Source of the DNA: Owenia fusiformis
Lineage: Eukaryota
Direction of reading: 5' to 3'
Assembly: GCA_903813345.2 (NCBI GenBank)
Contig: CAIIXF020000001.1
Location: 18,662,001 to 18,726,000, forward strand
Length of the DNA stretch: 64,000 nucleotides
How positions within the stretch are numbered: the stretch's first letter is position 1; every line of letters starts with the position of its first letter. The translations under genes were made by a program, and so were the position numbers. This document shows positions 49,815 through 63,696 of the stretch, one piece after another. The notes under the pieces are model-generated. The model made no database searches. It was not told the DNA's origin and saw only the letters and a program-made list of their open reading frames with translations.

Positions 49815-50044
49815 CAGGGCTCTCACTAGGCTTTTAGACTGTGGTGCAGCACCACAGTATATTTAGCTCCCACCACAACTTATTGGCAAATATTGATTAT
49901 TCCCACAGTCTAAAGTTGACTGGATACACACTAATAGCATGTAAAAAGGATAAAATAAAATATAACATAATTATGATTTATCATGATTGAATGGTTATGC
50001 TGAAGATGTTACCACACCCTAAATATTTTCTGGTGAGATCCCTG
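49815..50044. mobile_element. hAT-like MITE with 5-bp TSD
   Basis: TAATC|CAGGGCTCTCACTAG ... CTGGTGAGATCCCTG|TAATC. Confidence 0.75.
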
Positions 50045-50397
50045 TAATCCTTATTTATTTCCTAAAAAAGAGAATTGAGAGATATCTGATTAAATATAGA
50101 AGTTATTGAAAATGCAATACATGTAATTGTATACTGTTACAGAATGCAGAAATGTCCAAATCCATATCCCTTTTACATTTTTTTGGCAGATACTTACATA
50201 TATATAACCTTAAAAATCAGAAGATAATCCTGATATAAAATCAGAATTGTTTCAAATTTTAAGAAAATAGGCATTACATGCATGGAATGCTGATAGGTAA
50301 AATAAAATATTGTAAAATTGAGACAACTTCCTGCAACACCCTCTCAATTTCTTTCTCTTCTATTCCCTACAAAAAAAGATGCTCTCTTGCTTTATCT

Positions 50398-52696
50398 AAC
50401 AAGGCATTAACATGACAAAATGTCACCACCTAGTTGCTCACAATATTATGAGTTCAAACTTAAGTCAGATTTGAATTTCTGAGAACTTGTCAAGTCAAAT
50501 TTGAACTTCTGAAAAGATGTAGATGATTTTGAAAAAAAATTTGGTCAATTTGAAGCAAGTTGAAAACAGACCTTTTTGACCTTTTTTGACCTTGAGAAGG
50601 TCATTAAAGGTCAAATGTCAAATCTAAAGTCAGATTTGAATTTCTGAGAACATGTAGATGATTTTGAAAAAAAAAATTAGTCAATTTGAAGCAAGTTGAA
50701 AAAAGACCTTTTTGACCTTTTTTGACCTTGAGAAGGTCATTGAAGGTCAAATGTCAAATCTAAAGTCAAATCTAAAGTCATATTTGAATTTTTGAGAACA
50801 TGTAGATGATTTTGAAAAATTTTTTAGTCAATTTGAAGCAAGATGAAAAAATACCATTTTGACCTTTTTTGACATTGAGAAGGTCATTGAAGGTCAAATG
50901 TCAAATCTAAAGTCAGATTTGAATTTCTGAGAACATGTAGATGATTTTGAAAAAAAAATTTAGTCAATTTGAAGCAAGTTGAAAAAAGATCTTTTTGACC
51001 TTTTTTGACTTTGAGAAGGTCATTAAAGGTCAAATGTCAAATCTTAAGTCAAATCTAAAGTCAGATTTGAATTTCTGAGAACACGTAGATGATTTTGAAA
51101 ATTTTTTTTAGTCAATTTGAAGCAAGTTGAAAACAGACCTTTTTTACCTTTTTTGACCTTGAGAAGGTCATTTAAGGTCAAATGTCAAATCTAAAGTCAG
51201 ATTTGAATTTCTGAGAACATGTAGATGATTTTGAAAAAAAAAATTAGTCAATTTGAAGCAAGTTGAAAAAAGACCTTTTTGACCTTTTTTGACCTTGAGA
51301 AGGTCATTGAAGGTCAAATGTCAAATCTAAAGTCAAATCTAAAGTCATATTTGAATTTTTGAGAACATGTAGATGATTTTGAAAAAAAATTTAGTCAATT
51401 TGAAGCAAGATGAAAAAATTCCTTTTTGACCTTTTTTGACATTGAGAAGGTCATTGAAGGTCAAATGTCAAATCTTAAGTCAGATTTGAATTTCTGAGAA
51501 CATGCAGATGATTTTGAAAAGAATTTTTTGTCAATTTGAAGCAAGTTGAAAAAAGACCTTTTTGACCTTTTTTGACTTTGAGAAGGTCATTGAAGGTCAA
51601 ATGTCAAATCTTAAGTCAAATCTAAAGTCAGATTTGAATTTCTGAGAACACGTAGATGATTTTGAAAATTTTTTTTAGTCAATTTGAAGCAAGTTGAAAA
51701 CAGACCTTTTTGACCTTTTTTGACCTTGAGAAGGTCATTGAAGGTCAAATGTCAAATCTTAAGTCAAATCTTAAGTCAGATTTGAATTTCTGAGAACACG
51801 TAGATGATTTTGAAAAAAAAATTTAGTCAATTTGAAGCAAGTTGAAAACAGACCTTTTTGACCTTTTTTGACCTTGAGAAGGTCATTGAAGGTCAAATGT
51901 CAAATCTAAAGTCAGATTTGAATTTCTGAGAACATGTAGATGATTTTGAAAAAAAAAATTAGTCAATTTGAAGCAAGTTGAAAAAAGACCTTTCTGACCT
52001 TTTTTGACTTTGAGAAGGTCATTGAAGGTCAAATGTCAAATCTTAAGTCAAATCTAAAGTCAGATTTGAATTTTTGAGAACACGTAGATGATTTTGAAAA
52101 AAAATTTTAGTCAATTTGAAGCAAGTTTAAAACAGACCTTTTTGACCTTTTTTGACCTTGAGAAGGTCATCGAAGGTCAAATGTCAAATCTTAAGTCAGA
52201 TTTGAATTTCTGAGAACACGTAGATGATTTTGAAAAAAAAATTTTGTCAATTTGATGCAAGTTGAAAACAGACCTTTTTGACCTTTTTTGACCTTGAGAA
52301 GGTCATTGAAGGTCAAATGTCAAATCTAAAGTCAGATTTGAAGGTCAAATGTCAAATCTAAAGTCAGATTTGAATTTCTGAGAACATGTAGATGATTTTG
52401 AAAAAAAATTTAGTCAATGTGAAGCAAGTTGAAAAAAGACCTTTTTGACCTTGAGAAGGTCATTGAAGGTCAAATGTCAAATCTAAAGTCAGATTTGAAC
52501 TTCTGAGAACATGTAGATGATTTAGAAAAAAATTGAAGTCAGTCTAAACAGTATTTGTTAAGTTATAGGAAGTTGTAAGAAATTGTTACAGACGCCAACC
52601 GCCGGACGCCAACCACCAACCGCCGGACGCCAACCGCCGTCACAAAAAAACGGAGACCATAACAATATGTCACCACTTTTGGTGGTGACATAAAAA
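50398..52696. mobile_element. Helentron-associated (HINE-like) element with a central satellite array
   Basis: AACAAGGCATTAAC..ATGTCACCACC at the left; about 14-15 repeats of 136/147 bp; a GACGCCAACCGCCG short repeat; terminal palindrome ATGTCACCACTTTTGGTGGTGACAT followed by AAAAA. Confidence 0.85.
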
Positions 52697-53314
52697 TAGA
52701 ATACTAAAAATACCACAGCAAATAAAATAATATAATGACATCATAAAAAAATCTAAGTGAGACAGAACAAACAATACCAAGTAGACACAAAGATTTACTA
52801 CTTCAATTCCAACATAAAAATGTCAATAGAATTCATCTACTTATATTAGGATTGTATAAGACATGACTACAGGAATCATTATAATATCAGACATATCTTT
52901 GGGAAGGGTATTCACACAAATTTTGAAAATCAGAAACCTGTGGGTGAACACCAGAATAACAGAAATATTACATCCAATCTATCACATGCAACTTTCACCG
53001 GTCTCAGAAAAAAATTATAAATTCAAAGTGTTACCACAAAAAACGCTATACAAAAAACAAATGATGTAAAGTCCTGCATATGAAAGCATAGATTTGAATA
53101 TTCAAATGCCTCCCAAGGAAAGTGGTCTCTGGTCTCCATATTCTGTTTCACCTTTCTACTGATATCTCCTTAATGATCTGTATCTCTAATCATATTAGCA
53201 AGGAAAACCTTTTTTATACAAATAAAAGGCAGTAGGATTTCAAGAATTATTGTTCTCAATATTTTTTAGTAAGTAACCTTTTTTGGCATGTAACATTTGA
53301 AATATCTAACTTAC

Positions 53315-53463
53315 CCCACAGTCAAACCATAGTTATTGCCACTGATGGCTGGAAGGAATGGTGTAGGACTAGGCCTAAACCTAAGCTTCAAACTGTCATA
53401 TGGTAGTCCAGGAATATCAGCATATGAGCGCCTTTTAACAACTGTTGGTAGACGTATCGTCAT
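53315..53463 (-). CDS. Variable first exon V5 (49 aa + phase-2 donor)
   Basis: attATG MTIRLPTVVKRRSYADIPGLPYDSLKLRFRPSPTPFLPAISGNNYGLTV-GG|GTAAGT; 149 nt = 49 codons + 2. Confidence 0.72.
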
Positions 53464-56400
53464 AATTGCACAAAGTTACTTAGTATCTACTCAGCTCATT
53501 ATTATAACATCGCCATCCTATTTATCTGCTTCTTATTCTGATACCCCAAAATCCAATATTAAAATTATTTCCTATCATGGAAAAGTCACATTCAAGCCAC
53601 TACCAGAATTCAAAGAATTGTGAATCCTTTTTCAAGTTTTGATTATTAAAATGATATTTCCAACTTTTGTCTATTAATTTTGCAGTGTCTCTGTTTATCT
53701 ATTAGCAATACCATTTGGTTGTTGCAATGATCCAATATCAGAATTTCATTTCATAAGATCTGATCACACTTCAGCAGACTCTTCAAACATTAAACTGTCA
53801 TGAATACATAATGATAATGTTTTCCATTGTTCTTGAGAATCTATCAAATTTGATTAATTCTTACATTTTCCATCTCCATATGGCTGTTGGAAACTTTCAC
53901 TCCTTGGATGCTATAACAACCAGAAAACAAATTCCATCAAATTATTCACATCCCCAAGGTCTGTTCTGATTCTGTATAATTATCCTAAGTGTTGAACCAT
54001 CCAGTTACAATCACTAATAGCACCTCCTCTACAATACGTATTCTCCTCAGACCAGGAATATTTTAATGAGTAATCTAACCCAGTTGATTTGATCTATTCC
54101 TATTGGTTTTCAATCACTGCTTGTTTGAGTTATCACAAGTAGATCACTGCCAGAGGTAAGTAAATCAAACCTATTGTCAATATGTTGATCTCCTGGATGT
54201 GCAACCCTTCAACATTTGTATAAATAAACGCTACCTTTACTGCTGGTTATATGAGGTTGATACCTCAGTCTCACTTGATTTCCCTTCAGATGTTTATCAA
54301 TTTCCTGCCCTCTCTCATCATTAGTACCTACATATTTTTCTGATCTATGGTGAGAAGATCCATACTCTGCGGTGGCACATGCATTATAAATGCTTCATAG
54401 CTGAATTATAATGATTAACTAGAATTAGGAAAAATATCCGAAACCCCTGCAGTTGAGACATGCAATCCTTGGATACCACCGTCAGTAGGTTGATCCAATA
54501 ACACATTCTATTATCAATACAGACTATGGTGAACTTTAGGCCAAGAGAATTAATGGATTATATAATCTCCTGTAAAGATCAAGTTTGGAATGAAAGGCAT
54601 CTCTCCAAAAGACTTTCATAAAAAATTGGATTTAAATGTGATAAGTCATTCAATTTTGATCCAAATCCCCATGTATACGTAATTATTAAACTGACAATAA
54701 GGGAATTTCTATAGGCAAATTCTATATCAATAAAACCCGAGTTGAAAATTGTGAGATATTCAATCAATTCAAACAATTAAGGTAGTTTCGCATTTAAAAA
54801 AAAATTGAAAAATAATTTGGTGAATTGTCATTTCAACATAATTTGAACAAATATTTTGATTTCTTTGTTTTCTATAATGATGTGTAAATATTCACTAACA
54901 TTTTGAAAAAAGATATATATATTACCCATTTATGGGTAAAAGTTTTCATGAAAATTACATGAGTACTCATCATGTGGTCTACCTTAAACCATTAAAATAT
55001 GCACATAACTGTTTTGTTTCTCTCAAAAATTAGTTCTATTTAACAAATTTCTTATTGTTGTTGGCCTAATAAGGCACATATCCCACTTTTTGGGCCCTGT
55101 ATACCTTGCAGTTCAAATATCAATGATTGTTTAAAAAGTACACAAAACCAAACTATTAGGTAACACTTAATGGAATCCCTAGAAACCAGCGGTTAACGGG
55201 TGTATATAATTATAGAATTATGCAGGAATCCTTCCAAATGCCCTGCAATTGAATAAACCCTAGTTATAGCATATTTGCCAAACGTATAATTTATTTTTAA
55301 GACAAACATTGAAACAAAGAAAATCTATAATTCTATTGACAGGATTTCTCACGAACGACCAATGGGAAGCTGAAATATTATTATAGTACAAGGCTTTAGT
55401 TTGGATAAGAGAACAGAAAGGTCAATTATCAAAGCGAGAAAAAATTGTGACATACAGCACAATCTGAATGTATTATCCACAAAAACATTAATGTAACTTG
55501 TAAATCAATTTACATGTAGTTCACCTTTGACTTATTTCTGATTCTTACTTTTTTCAATAGTTTTCAAGATGTTCCCTTCAGATAATAAAAATATAATATA
55601 ATATAATGACACAAGACTGAGTAAACTACCTAAAACATGCAACTAAAATTGAATCAATGTACCTCTTTTTAATTGTATATTCAAATTATGTAGCAAATAG
55701 CTTCATTTTTTATCCACAATCTCTCAATTGATGTTCAAATGTCTTATCTATTTTATTTAAAGGGATTTTGGAGGTTTGCCTTATATGTTTGTTCTTCATA
55801 TAGCTTAATGTCAAGTAATGGTAATAGCAATGTAACATTGTTTCCCCGAACAAGTCCCATTGTTTGAAAAGTATGGATTGATCTATTGCACAGTTATGCC
55901 CATAAAAGGTCTTACAAGACCTAGTTGGCCAATACCACCCCATGGAAATTAATAGGTGTTCAAACCAGTATCATTATCAAAAACATGAATACTAGCATTA
56001 TATAATTTCAAATTGTATTTGAACAATCTAGTTGGGTTCAAGTAAATATCTCAGAATTGCAATTTATATTTCACTGATCCCGATGCCATCTATTCGACTG
56101 TATGAAACATTACAAGTATTTATATTCGTCTCTTACATTTGTTAAGGAATATAATTCATATCACTTTATTCTGTAACACAAACAGATATAAAACAACTGA
56201 AATAACATAATTATAGAACCAATTTTCATCAATGTTGCAGAACAAGTGGTGATCAAGATTAGCTCTCACAATAATTCCCAAATTCATCCTAGGGCATAAC
56301 AGTCTATCTCAAAATAAATTAAAATCCAAGTGAAACCCTGAACATGTGAAGATAGTAAAATTGTTCTTTCCTTGAAATTCTTGACAAAACAGTCCTATCA

Positions 56401-56694
56401 AATCAGTCAAAAACCTCATTTCAAATTAAATTGATGTGATTAAAACCTCTCAAGTAAACTGATATTAGATAGCCAAGAATGATTTGTGAGGTAAATTTTT
56501 CTATATACATGTTTTTACTGAGAAAAATAAAGATGGAAATGATCAACTTCAGTGAAAAGTCTGTTTTAAATTGTCTTGCAGAGTGACCAGATCAGCTTGA
56601 CCTTGGGAGTTTTAACACAGGCCATCAATTTCACTTCCAAAAATAGAGCTGTCAATCAAAATATTGAACTGTATGAAAGAGAAACTCATATTTA

Positions 56695-58411
56695 CACGGT
56701 GTTATAGCATGACAGATACGACAAGGCAATTGGTCAAATTTTGCGGTAACGATAACAAAAAATGGCGGACGGGAAAGACAGCATGTCCTCTTTTTCGCCT
56801 GTAGGCAAGATTCACAGGTAAGCTTTCCTTTTCAACTAGTTCCATTCGGTGATACATATGTGAATGGTTATAAAGATTGAGTTAAATCTGTCGTGTGGTC
56901 TACAAGAAGCAGAATATAAGCTGTAAACCTACCCAGCTGAGATTTCGAACTTCATAATTTTTAGTCCTTTTTCGTGTTTTCTCAGTATATGTGCCTCAGA
57001 GCCACTCAAAATACTAACTGTACGTAAACTGTGTATAAACAAGCCATAAAATGACAAATGCAGAACAGAAATGTGGTGAATATTGTAGATAATAAGGTTT
57101 CAATCGCAAGGTCGTTAGACAGATACGTATGTATTGCATGCTTTTTTATGGACAGCAACGCATTGTATTAGTTTTACATTAGATGTTAGCGGACGGTTAC
57201 ATGCAAGTTCCTGTCAAGTCAAGGTCCCTAGATGGATAGCTCTCTATGTGTGAACAGCCTATATTTGTTGTTTTCAGGACTCGCAAGAGACGCTCTTGCT
57301 TGAGCCTCTATAGGGCAAGGAAAAAAATAGCGAAAGCCAATGAAAGTGAAAATGATTGTAATGAAGAGGCAAAGGAAGAAATTAGTAACAACGAACAGGC
57401 GACGGAAGAAAACAACTCCAAATTAATTGATGATGTCATGAGTGACATTAGACATATATTACCATTATTACAAATCATATTCAGCTGTTTATGTCACCAT
57501 TTTCATAATAGTACAATAACGTCATTTCAAAGGGCAATATAGTGAAATATTGGACCAAGGGCCGCAGGCCCAAGGTTCAATATTTCACTATTTTGCCCGC
57601 AGAAATGACGTTATTACTATTATTACCACCGTTAATGCCCAGGGCTGAAATAGCAAATTTGAAATAGAAAATCTTACGCACTGAACGATATCACTTTTCC
57701 CGGGAAACATAGCCGGGCGCGGATAATATCATTATTGCCCGACTATCACGTCAATATAGCAATTTAAATGCCTTCTCAACTAGTACTAAAACCCCTAGAA
57801 CAGGCCCTGCAAGGTGGTAATAATGCGATTTCATCTATTATAGCTTACAAAACTCAAATCCGGTTGAACAACATTTCAATTTTGGATCACAAGCGATATG
57901 AAATGATTCGGTTTTACATATATGAACGAGGTTCGCGTAACTGTCTATCAATTTTTGGCGTATCCGCAAATTCAAAATACATTATTATGGCTTGAGTAGA
58001 ACATATTAAGTGGTTTACAATGCTTAATTGGCTTTGTATGATCGTATGTAGGTTACATTTAAATACACCAAGGTTGTTGCGCAATGTAGAGCATGCCCTA
58101 ACGAGGAAAAGAAACAAATTACTAAATTTTATGAAGTTTTGAATTTCAAACTCGACAGTTTTTCGCTTATTTCATGTTATCAATGGGCGTCGATTTGCAA
58201 AGACTACGTTCAAAATAAACATTACTGAATGCATCACCGAATGCGACGCTTACATAAATCTTTCATGCTTTTATTGATACGCAGTAGTAGAACATAATGC
58301 ACCTACCTTAGCTTTCTGTTTCATCGTGACCATTTTATTGGATAAATCAGTGATCGTATTCGACTAACCTCGTTTTCAGAGGTGGCGTATCCGTCATGCT
58401 ATAACACCGTG
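56695..58411. mobile_element. Transib/RAG-transposon-like deletion derivative with a spliced gene remnant
   Basis: ATTTA|CACGGTGTTATAGCATGACAGATACG ... CGTATCCGTCATGCTATAACACCGTG|ATTTA. Plus-strand exons 56762-56817 and 57278-~57456 join in frame. Confidence 0.8.
57457..57823. mobile_element. Hairpin-containing element nested in the 56695-58411 transposon (Crypton-like, tentative)
   Basis: Ends TATTACCA...TGGTAATA; internal hairpin AATAACGTCATTTC..ATAGTGAAATATTG-GGGCCGCAGGCCC-CAATATTTCACTAT..GAAATGACGTTATT (57514-57616). Confidence 0.55.
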
Positions 58412-59442
58412 ATTTAGCTTGACTGCTGATCAGATTTGGATTTCCCAGATAAATAAAGGTTCATAACAATTATGCTCAAAATTTAATTTGTATACACGAA
58501 CAGATTAAAAAAACTATTTGATGAATATAAGGTCAATGTGACCTATTTCTAACAAAACAATGACAATTATATTCTATTTTTAGGAATCTGTTGCGATACT
58601 TTCTGTCCTCCTTTCTTTGACAATTTTCACTATTCGGACCAATAATTCAGAAGAACAAACTCAATTTTTCATCAAATTAACAACTAATGCCCCAGCTAGA
58701 GAGAAAGACCATGTCGAACATGACTGTATTTAGGCCTTCTATAAACTGTGAACAAAGTCAACATTTCACCTGGGGTATATTCGCAACAATACCCCTAGTA
58801 ATGTGTGACGTCATCATGGCGGGCCATAGTAATGGTGGACCATAATGAATATTTTGGTGAGGTTTCATGTTCGAATCGTAATATAGACCTCAGAGCAGGT
58901 GTAATAGCGCCACCTAGGGCTAGGTACAAAAGCGAAAACGCTTGTGCATGTTTGTGCCTAGACCTGCGGGCTGTATTTGACGCTCAGTACAACTGCAAAA
59001 AATTTTCAATATCTAAAGAATAAATATTAATATTATTACATAATACAAATAAATCTAACTGTGCCAATTAAATGAAAGATTTGGCTTTTCTCTGTGTTGA
59101 ATCTGATGATGGACAACTAGATAATAGACAGGTGGCGATAGGTAACACTCTCTGCAAGCAAATATTAATGCAAAAACATGACATTCACATGCAAAATGAC
59201 ACCACCTACCATTTGTTACAGCTGCTAAACTCTAAATACTGCTGGATGCCAAACACCATCCAGAAAAACTTGGAGACCATAACAATATATTACCACTTGT
59301 GATGGTGACATAATAGTATGAAATAATAAAAAAGATATCAATTCAATCTAAGAATATAAACCATCTCGTTAAAAAGCAAATACGTAACCATAATTAATCA
59401 TCCCACAAACAGTTAACAAAAAATAATGAAAAATGTTCTTAC

Positions 59443-59624
59443 GAAGAAGGTCTCCAATGACGTTGATTCCTGGCGAGAACACTTCTAGTGTGCCTAATCT
59501 CCAGATTGGTTTTACTGCGAGACATGAATTTAGTTCGCATTTCAACCAGACTGTGCTGGAATATTCGATTGGCAAATTCTCCTGGCATCTTTATTTTTAC
59601 AATTTTCTTATCAAGAAAACTCAT
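59443..59624 (-). CDS. Variable first exon V6 (60 aa + phase-2 donor)
   Basis: MSFLDKKIVKIKMPGEFANRIFQHSLVEMRTKFMSRSKTNLEIRHTRSVLARNQRHWRPS-TC|GTAAGA; 182 nt = 60 codons + 2. The start could instead be the second ATG (MPGEF). Confidence 0.65.
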
Positions 59625-62381
59625 CCCATTACTTCATTATCTAGTCTTCTTATGCAGAATCATACATGACGATAATAATTATATTTTGTTACGAATAAAA
59701 CTGTTTTCCATTTTGAAAGAGTTTTACTCTAGCCATACTCTGAATGTAATGTTATCGTATCTTCTAATGCACTCCAATGGTATAATACAATCTATTGCTC
59801 TTTTACAACATCCAAACATCAATAATTGGTCTAATTTTTCCTGTCAGGTGAGAAACTAAATGCTTATTTTGTTAAACATAGCTTGCTGGTTCAATAGATC
59901 CATTTATGAGCATTGATTCTTGCTAGCCTCACAGTTCTCAAAGACAATAAGAAGTCCAATACAGTCAATGGCCATGGGGAACTGATAGCTTTGGTCAAAT
60001 ATACACTTTCCCAATTGAACTTTGCCAATGTCCAACATTTATCATTTCTTAATAATCTGTTATGCTTGTAAACACTTATTTGTCACATTGTATTTATATT
60101 ATTTACTGACATGTGTCTAGTTCCTAATCTTCTCATATTTATTTTAGGGTAAACTTGTTATTCTTCCAAAAGTGAAATTGTGTTCTTTCTATAGATACAC
60201 CTCTTTGGTTTGTCTTATATTTTAAATCGAGTATTCATTCCTGAACTCATTATTTTATGGATGATTTCCTGTTTAACAGCCTATCAGGTACTTTCACACT
60301 CATGTATTTTATTTTGGTCAATGATCAAGAGTCTATTGCCTTCATATACACTCCCAGCGTATATGCCTATTCCCTATGTGTTTCTGTTTACTCCCATTTA
60401 TTCCTCTATGGGCCTGTGCATTTATACTTTTATATCATCCTCGGTCAGATGCATCAATTCAGTTCATATACGAAACGGACCATTCATAATAATAAGTAAA
60501 GGTAGGAGTGTATGCTATATACCTACCAATATCACTTATTCACTTCCAACTATTGACAAAGATCTTAACGAAAATAAATTAATCTACATGAATTTCAAAT
60601 GTCCGGATTCGCTATGATACTTATAATAGGCATTTTGTAAGCTTCTTCAAACACTTCACTGTTATTTACATATTTATCTGCAATGTTATCATCTGCCACT
60701 TCAAGGTTATTGATAACTGTTCAAATGTTACTTCAGTTAGGTATGGTTTGGTCATTATTTCATTATTTCAGTTTTGATTCCAAACATTGAAACTACTTGA
60801 GAAGTTCTTTATAAGTGATCTTCAAAGGTAATCTTCCTGTTCTGTTTAAGACAAGGTGTAAAGTATTTGCAGTATATCTATTGTTTCTGCCGATATAAGA
60901 CTTTCTTCTGACATTGCAAGCTGCGGGCTTTGCAGAAAAAGTATCCATCAATCTATAATTCACTAATCATATTCTCCATAATTTATGTAATTCTTTATCT
61001 CCTGCTTAAGGTATGATTTATTATCCTTCAGAATGATATACTCAGAAACAAAATCTATTTCCCCTGGCACCTATCCTTTGTCTTTTATATAATTAAATAT
61101 ACGTGCAGAGCTCCTTATAAGGCAATATTGCATGATAAGTAAATCATCTGGCCAATATGAATATGTGCAATGTACAAATTAAAAAATTAATTCTGCCAAA
61201 ATGAAATATGTTTACCAAATTGTTAAAAACTCATTATACTGAACAACTTATATACATAAACTGAGTAATATTTCTACTATAGAAGCCAACCAAACATAAT
61301 TCTACATAATACTTATTTTCTTATCCCCTGGAAAGCCCATAATCGTAAAGATTGTGTTTTATTATTGATACAACAATGTAGTTTAGTGCTAAGTGCTCCA
61401 CCAACATGACCAGTAAATGGAATTTTATTGTAAGAAGAAAATTCAACAAAGGCTCAATATATCAACTTTACAGCTTATCCATTTGCATTAAAACATATCA
61501 TGTACCTGGTATTACAATCACCCCTGCCTCTTCATTTCCTTGAGAAATAGCGAAGGTAAAAACCTGTCTTAGTGAACACCTTTCTATAGTGAACACTTGT
61601 CTCTATTGGACACCTTACCTCCGCATATACTCTACTGACTTCTGTATAAATTACCCTCTTTGTAGAGAACACCTACCAACACTGTTTTTTTCTTGGCAAA
61701 AAATGTTCAATAAACACAGGTTTTACTTTATTTTTGAAAAATATGCAGATTCTACATTAGATTGAGGTTCAGAGCAGGTTGAAGCTTTTTTTTAAAGAAG
61801 TAAAACCAAACATTGGAAAGAGTTAATTCAAATAATACTTGAACTTTGCAAATCATACTCTGTAAACCATTTATCCTCATTATAACTTCATTAGATATTC
61901 AAGATGTTGTAATTTAAAATAAACAACATTAATTTGAAACCTTACAGAAAATCTCTGCCTTAATCAAAATTATTTGACAACCTTTAAATTGGTGCCAGCT
62001 ATATTGTTCTGAAAGAAAATATTGTTTTTTGCCATAATAATGGTGAGTGTTTGGGCAAAATACAACACAATGCCCAAAAAGCTCTTCTTAAGAATCTATC
62101 TCAAGTGATATTGTTTCTTTTACAACTTAGCTGGAACTATAAGATATGCCATATATACATTTGGAAAAATGTTGAAAAACATTGAACTCAGGAGACCGGC
62201 TCCCTTTAACAGAGTTAGAAATCTGAAATGTAAGCCCCTAAAAGTCTGGAAGAATATTAATCTTTTAATTAAAAGTCATTATGACATAAAGTCATTTTTA
62301 TTGATCGAAACAACTTAAAAGAATTGACATCCAAGAAATATTAATATAACTAAATGGATTAGACAGAAATCAATATAGTTA

Positions 62382-62726
62382 CAGGGTGTCCTAAAAATGA
62401 TACCATAATCCAGACTAATTACTCTATAAGGTACAATAAAGAAATCAAAATGTATTGGCCAAAATGATATCATATGCATATGTTTCAGGTAGCAATGTTT
62501 TCAAGCAGAACTACGACTAGCTTGTTGTTCATTTTTAAAATTCTAGAATTTTTGGTTTGGCCACCTACAACCTTTGACAGCATAGATCTGACCTAAAATA
62601 CCTCAATTATTTTACTTATTAGAAATAAAACTTTAAAGATAAGGTACAGAATGTATTGAAAAGCTTATAGATTCCCATTTTATATTAATAATAATGATCA
62701 TGTGTATCCTTTTATTGATCACCCTG
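62382..62726. mobile_element. Mariner-like MITE
   Basis: TA|CAGGGTG ... CACCCTG|TA with degenerate TIRs of about 25 bp. Confidence 0.6.
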
Positions 62727-63105
62727 TATTTTATAATTACTGCATATATGAGACATGTTTTAATCAACTTACTGCTGTACATTCCAATAGAATGTAACAG
62801 TATAGATTATTAGAAAACAAAACACAGTCTGACATTATACACCTCATAACAACATTGATTTTCTTATTGGCTGTAAATTGTTTTTTTTAATCAAGTCCTT
62901 GGATAAACTAAACAAAAACTTTACTGAAGGCATTTCTGGCCAAATGAAGACCTTTGTTTGGAAATGTTGTTAACCCTTGTTAGAAATTAACTTATAATAT
63001 ACATTTATCTTTTCGGTGATGTAATTATCACATAAGTCACCCCCTCTCTGAAATGTTCTGCATAAAAGGAAGAGTGTGGAAAGAAATAAGCAGAGATGTT
63101 TTTCT

Positions 63106-63525
63106 GGCCTCATGGACTTCGACTCACAGGGTTGTCAGTTCCAACCCAGCTGACCTCATTCTTTCCATCAAAACCACATTTGCGTGAATATTGTTAATAG
63201 TCACGAACCATAAGTTTCTCCCTCCCGAACCTATTTCTCCTCTCGTTCCAACATCTCACACAGCTGATTTATTTCACTTTGTCCATTAACATTGCCTGCA
63301 ATATTGGTTTGCTCTTTGAATCCCGAGTTCCCAGATGTACTATGTACAAATTGTTTGCAATGTGGGAACTTGATGCACGAGTAGAAAAATAGGTTCGAAA
63401 GAGAGTAACTGGTGGTTCGCGACTAAAGAAATGATATTCATGTTGTGAGAACCGTGGATCAGATGGAAGGAACGAGGTCAGCAAGGTCAGAACTGACGAA
63501 AAAGTGAGTCAAAGTCTATGAGGCC
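63106..63525. mobile_element. MITE
   Basis: GGCCTCATGGACTTCGACTCAC...GTCAGTTC against GAACTGAC...GTGAGTCAAAGTCTATGAGGCC; no TSD found. Confidence 0.65.
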
Positions 63526-63696
63526 CGATCTTGAGGATCAAAACCTGATCTTTCCTATACTATATATTTCCCAGGTTTATTAGAATAGGCACCTTCATTG
63601 TTTGCTATATTTCACTCTTGGCAATACATATTTAATCAGGAAAAACATTTATTTAATCAAGAAAACATTAGAAAGCGTTGTGATGCTAGAACTTAC

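Noticed and set aside
54265-54395. Open phase-2 segment ending CTG AG|GTATCA
   Set aside because: No in-frame ATG after the upstream TGA, and the donor is weak. At most a decayed variable exon.
61612-61626. ATG CGG AG|GTAAGG as an eighth phase-2 micro first exon
   Set aside because: Only two codons, and it lies within a degenerate TIR element (about 61556-61726, AAAACCTGT...ACAGGTTTT).
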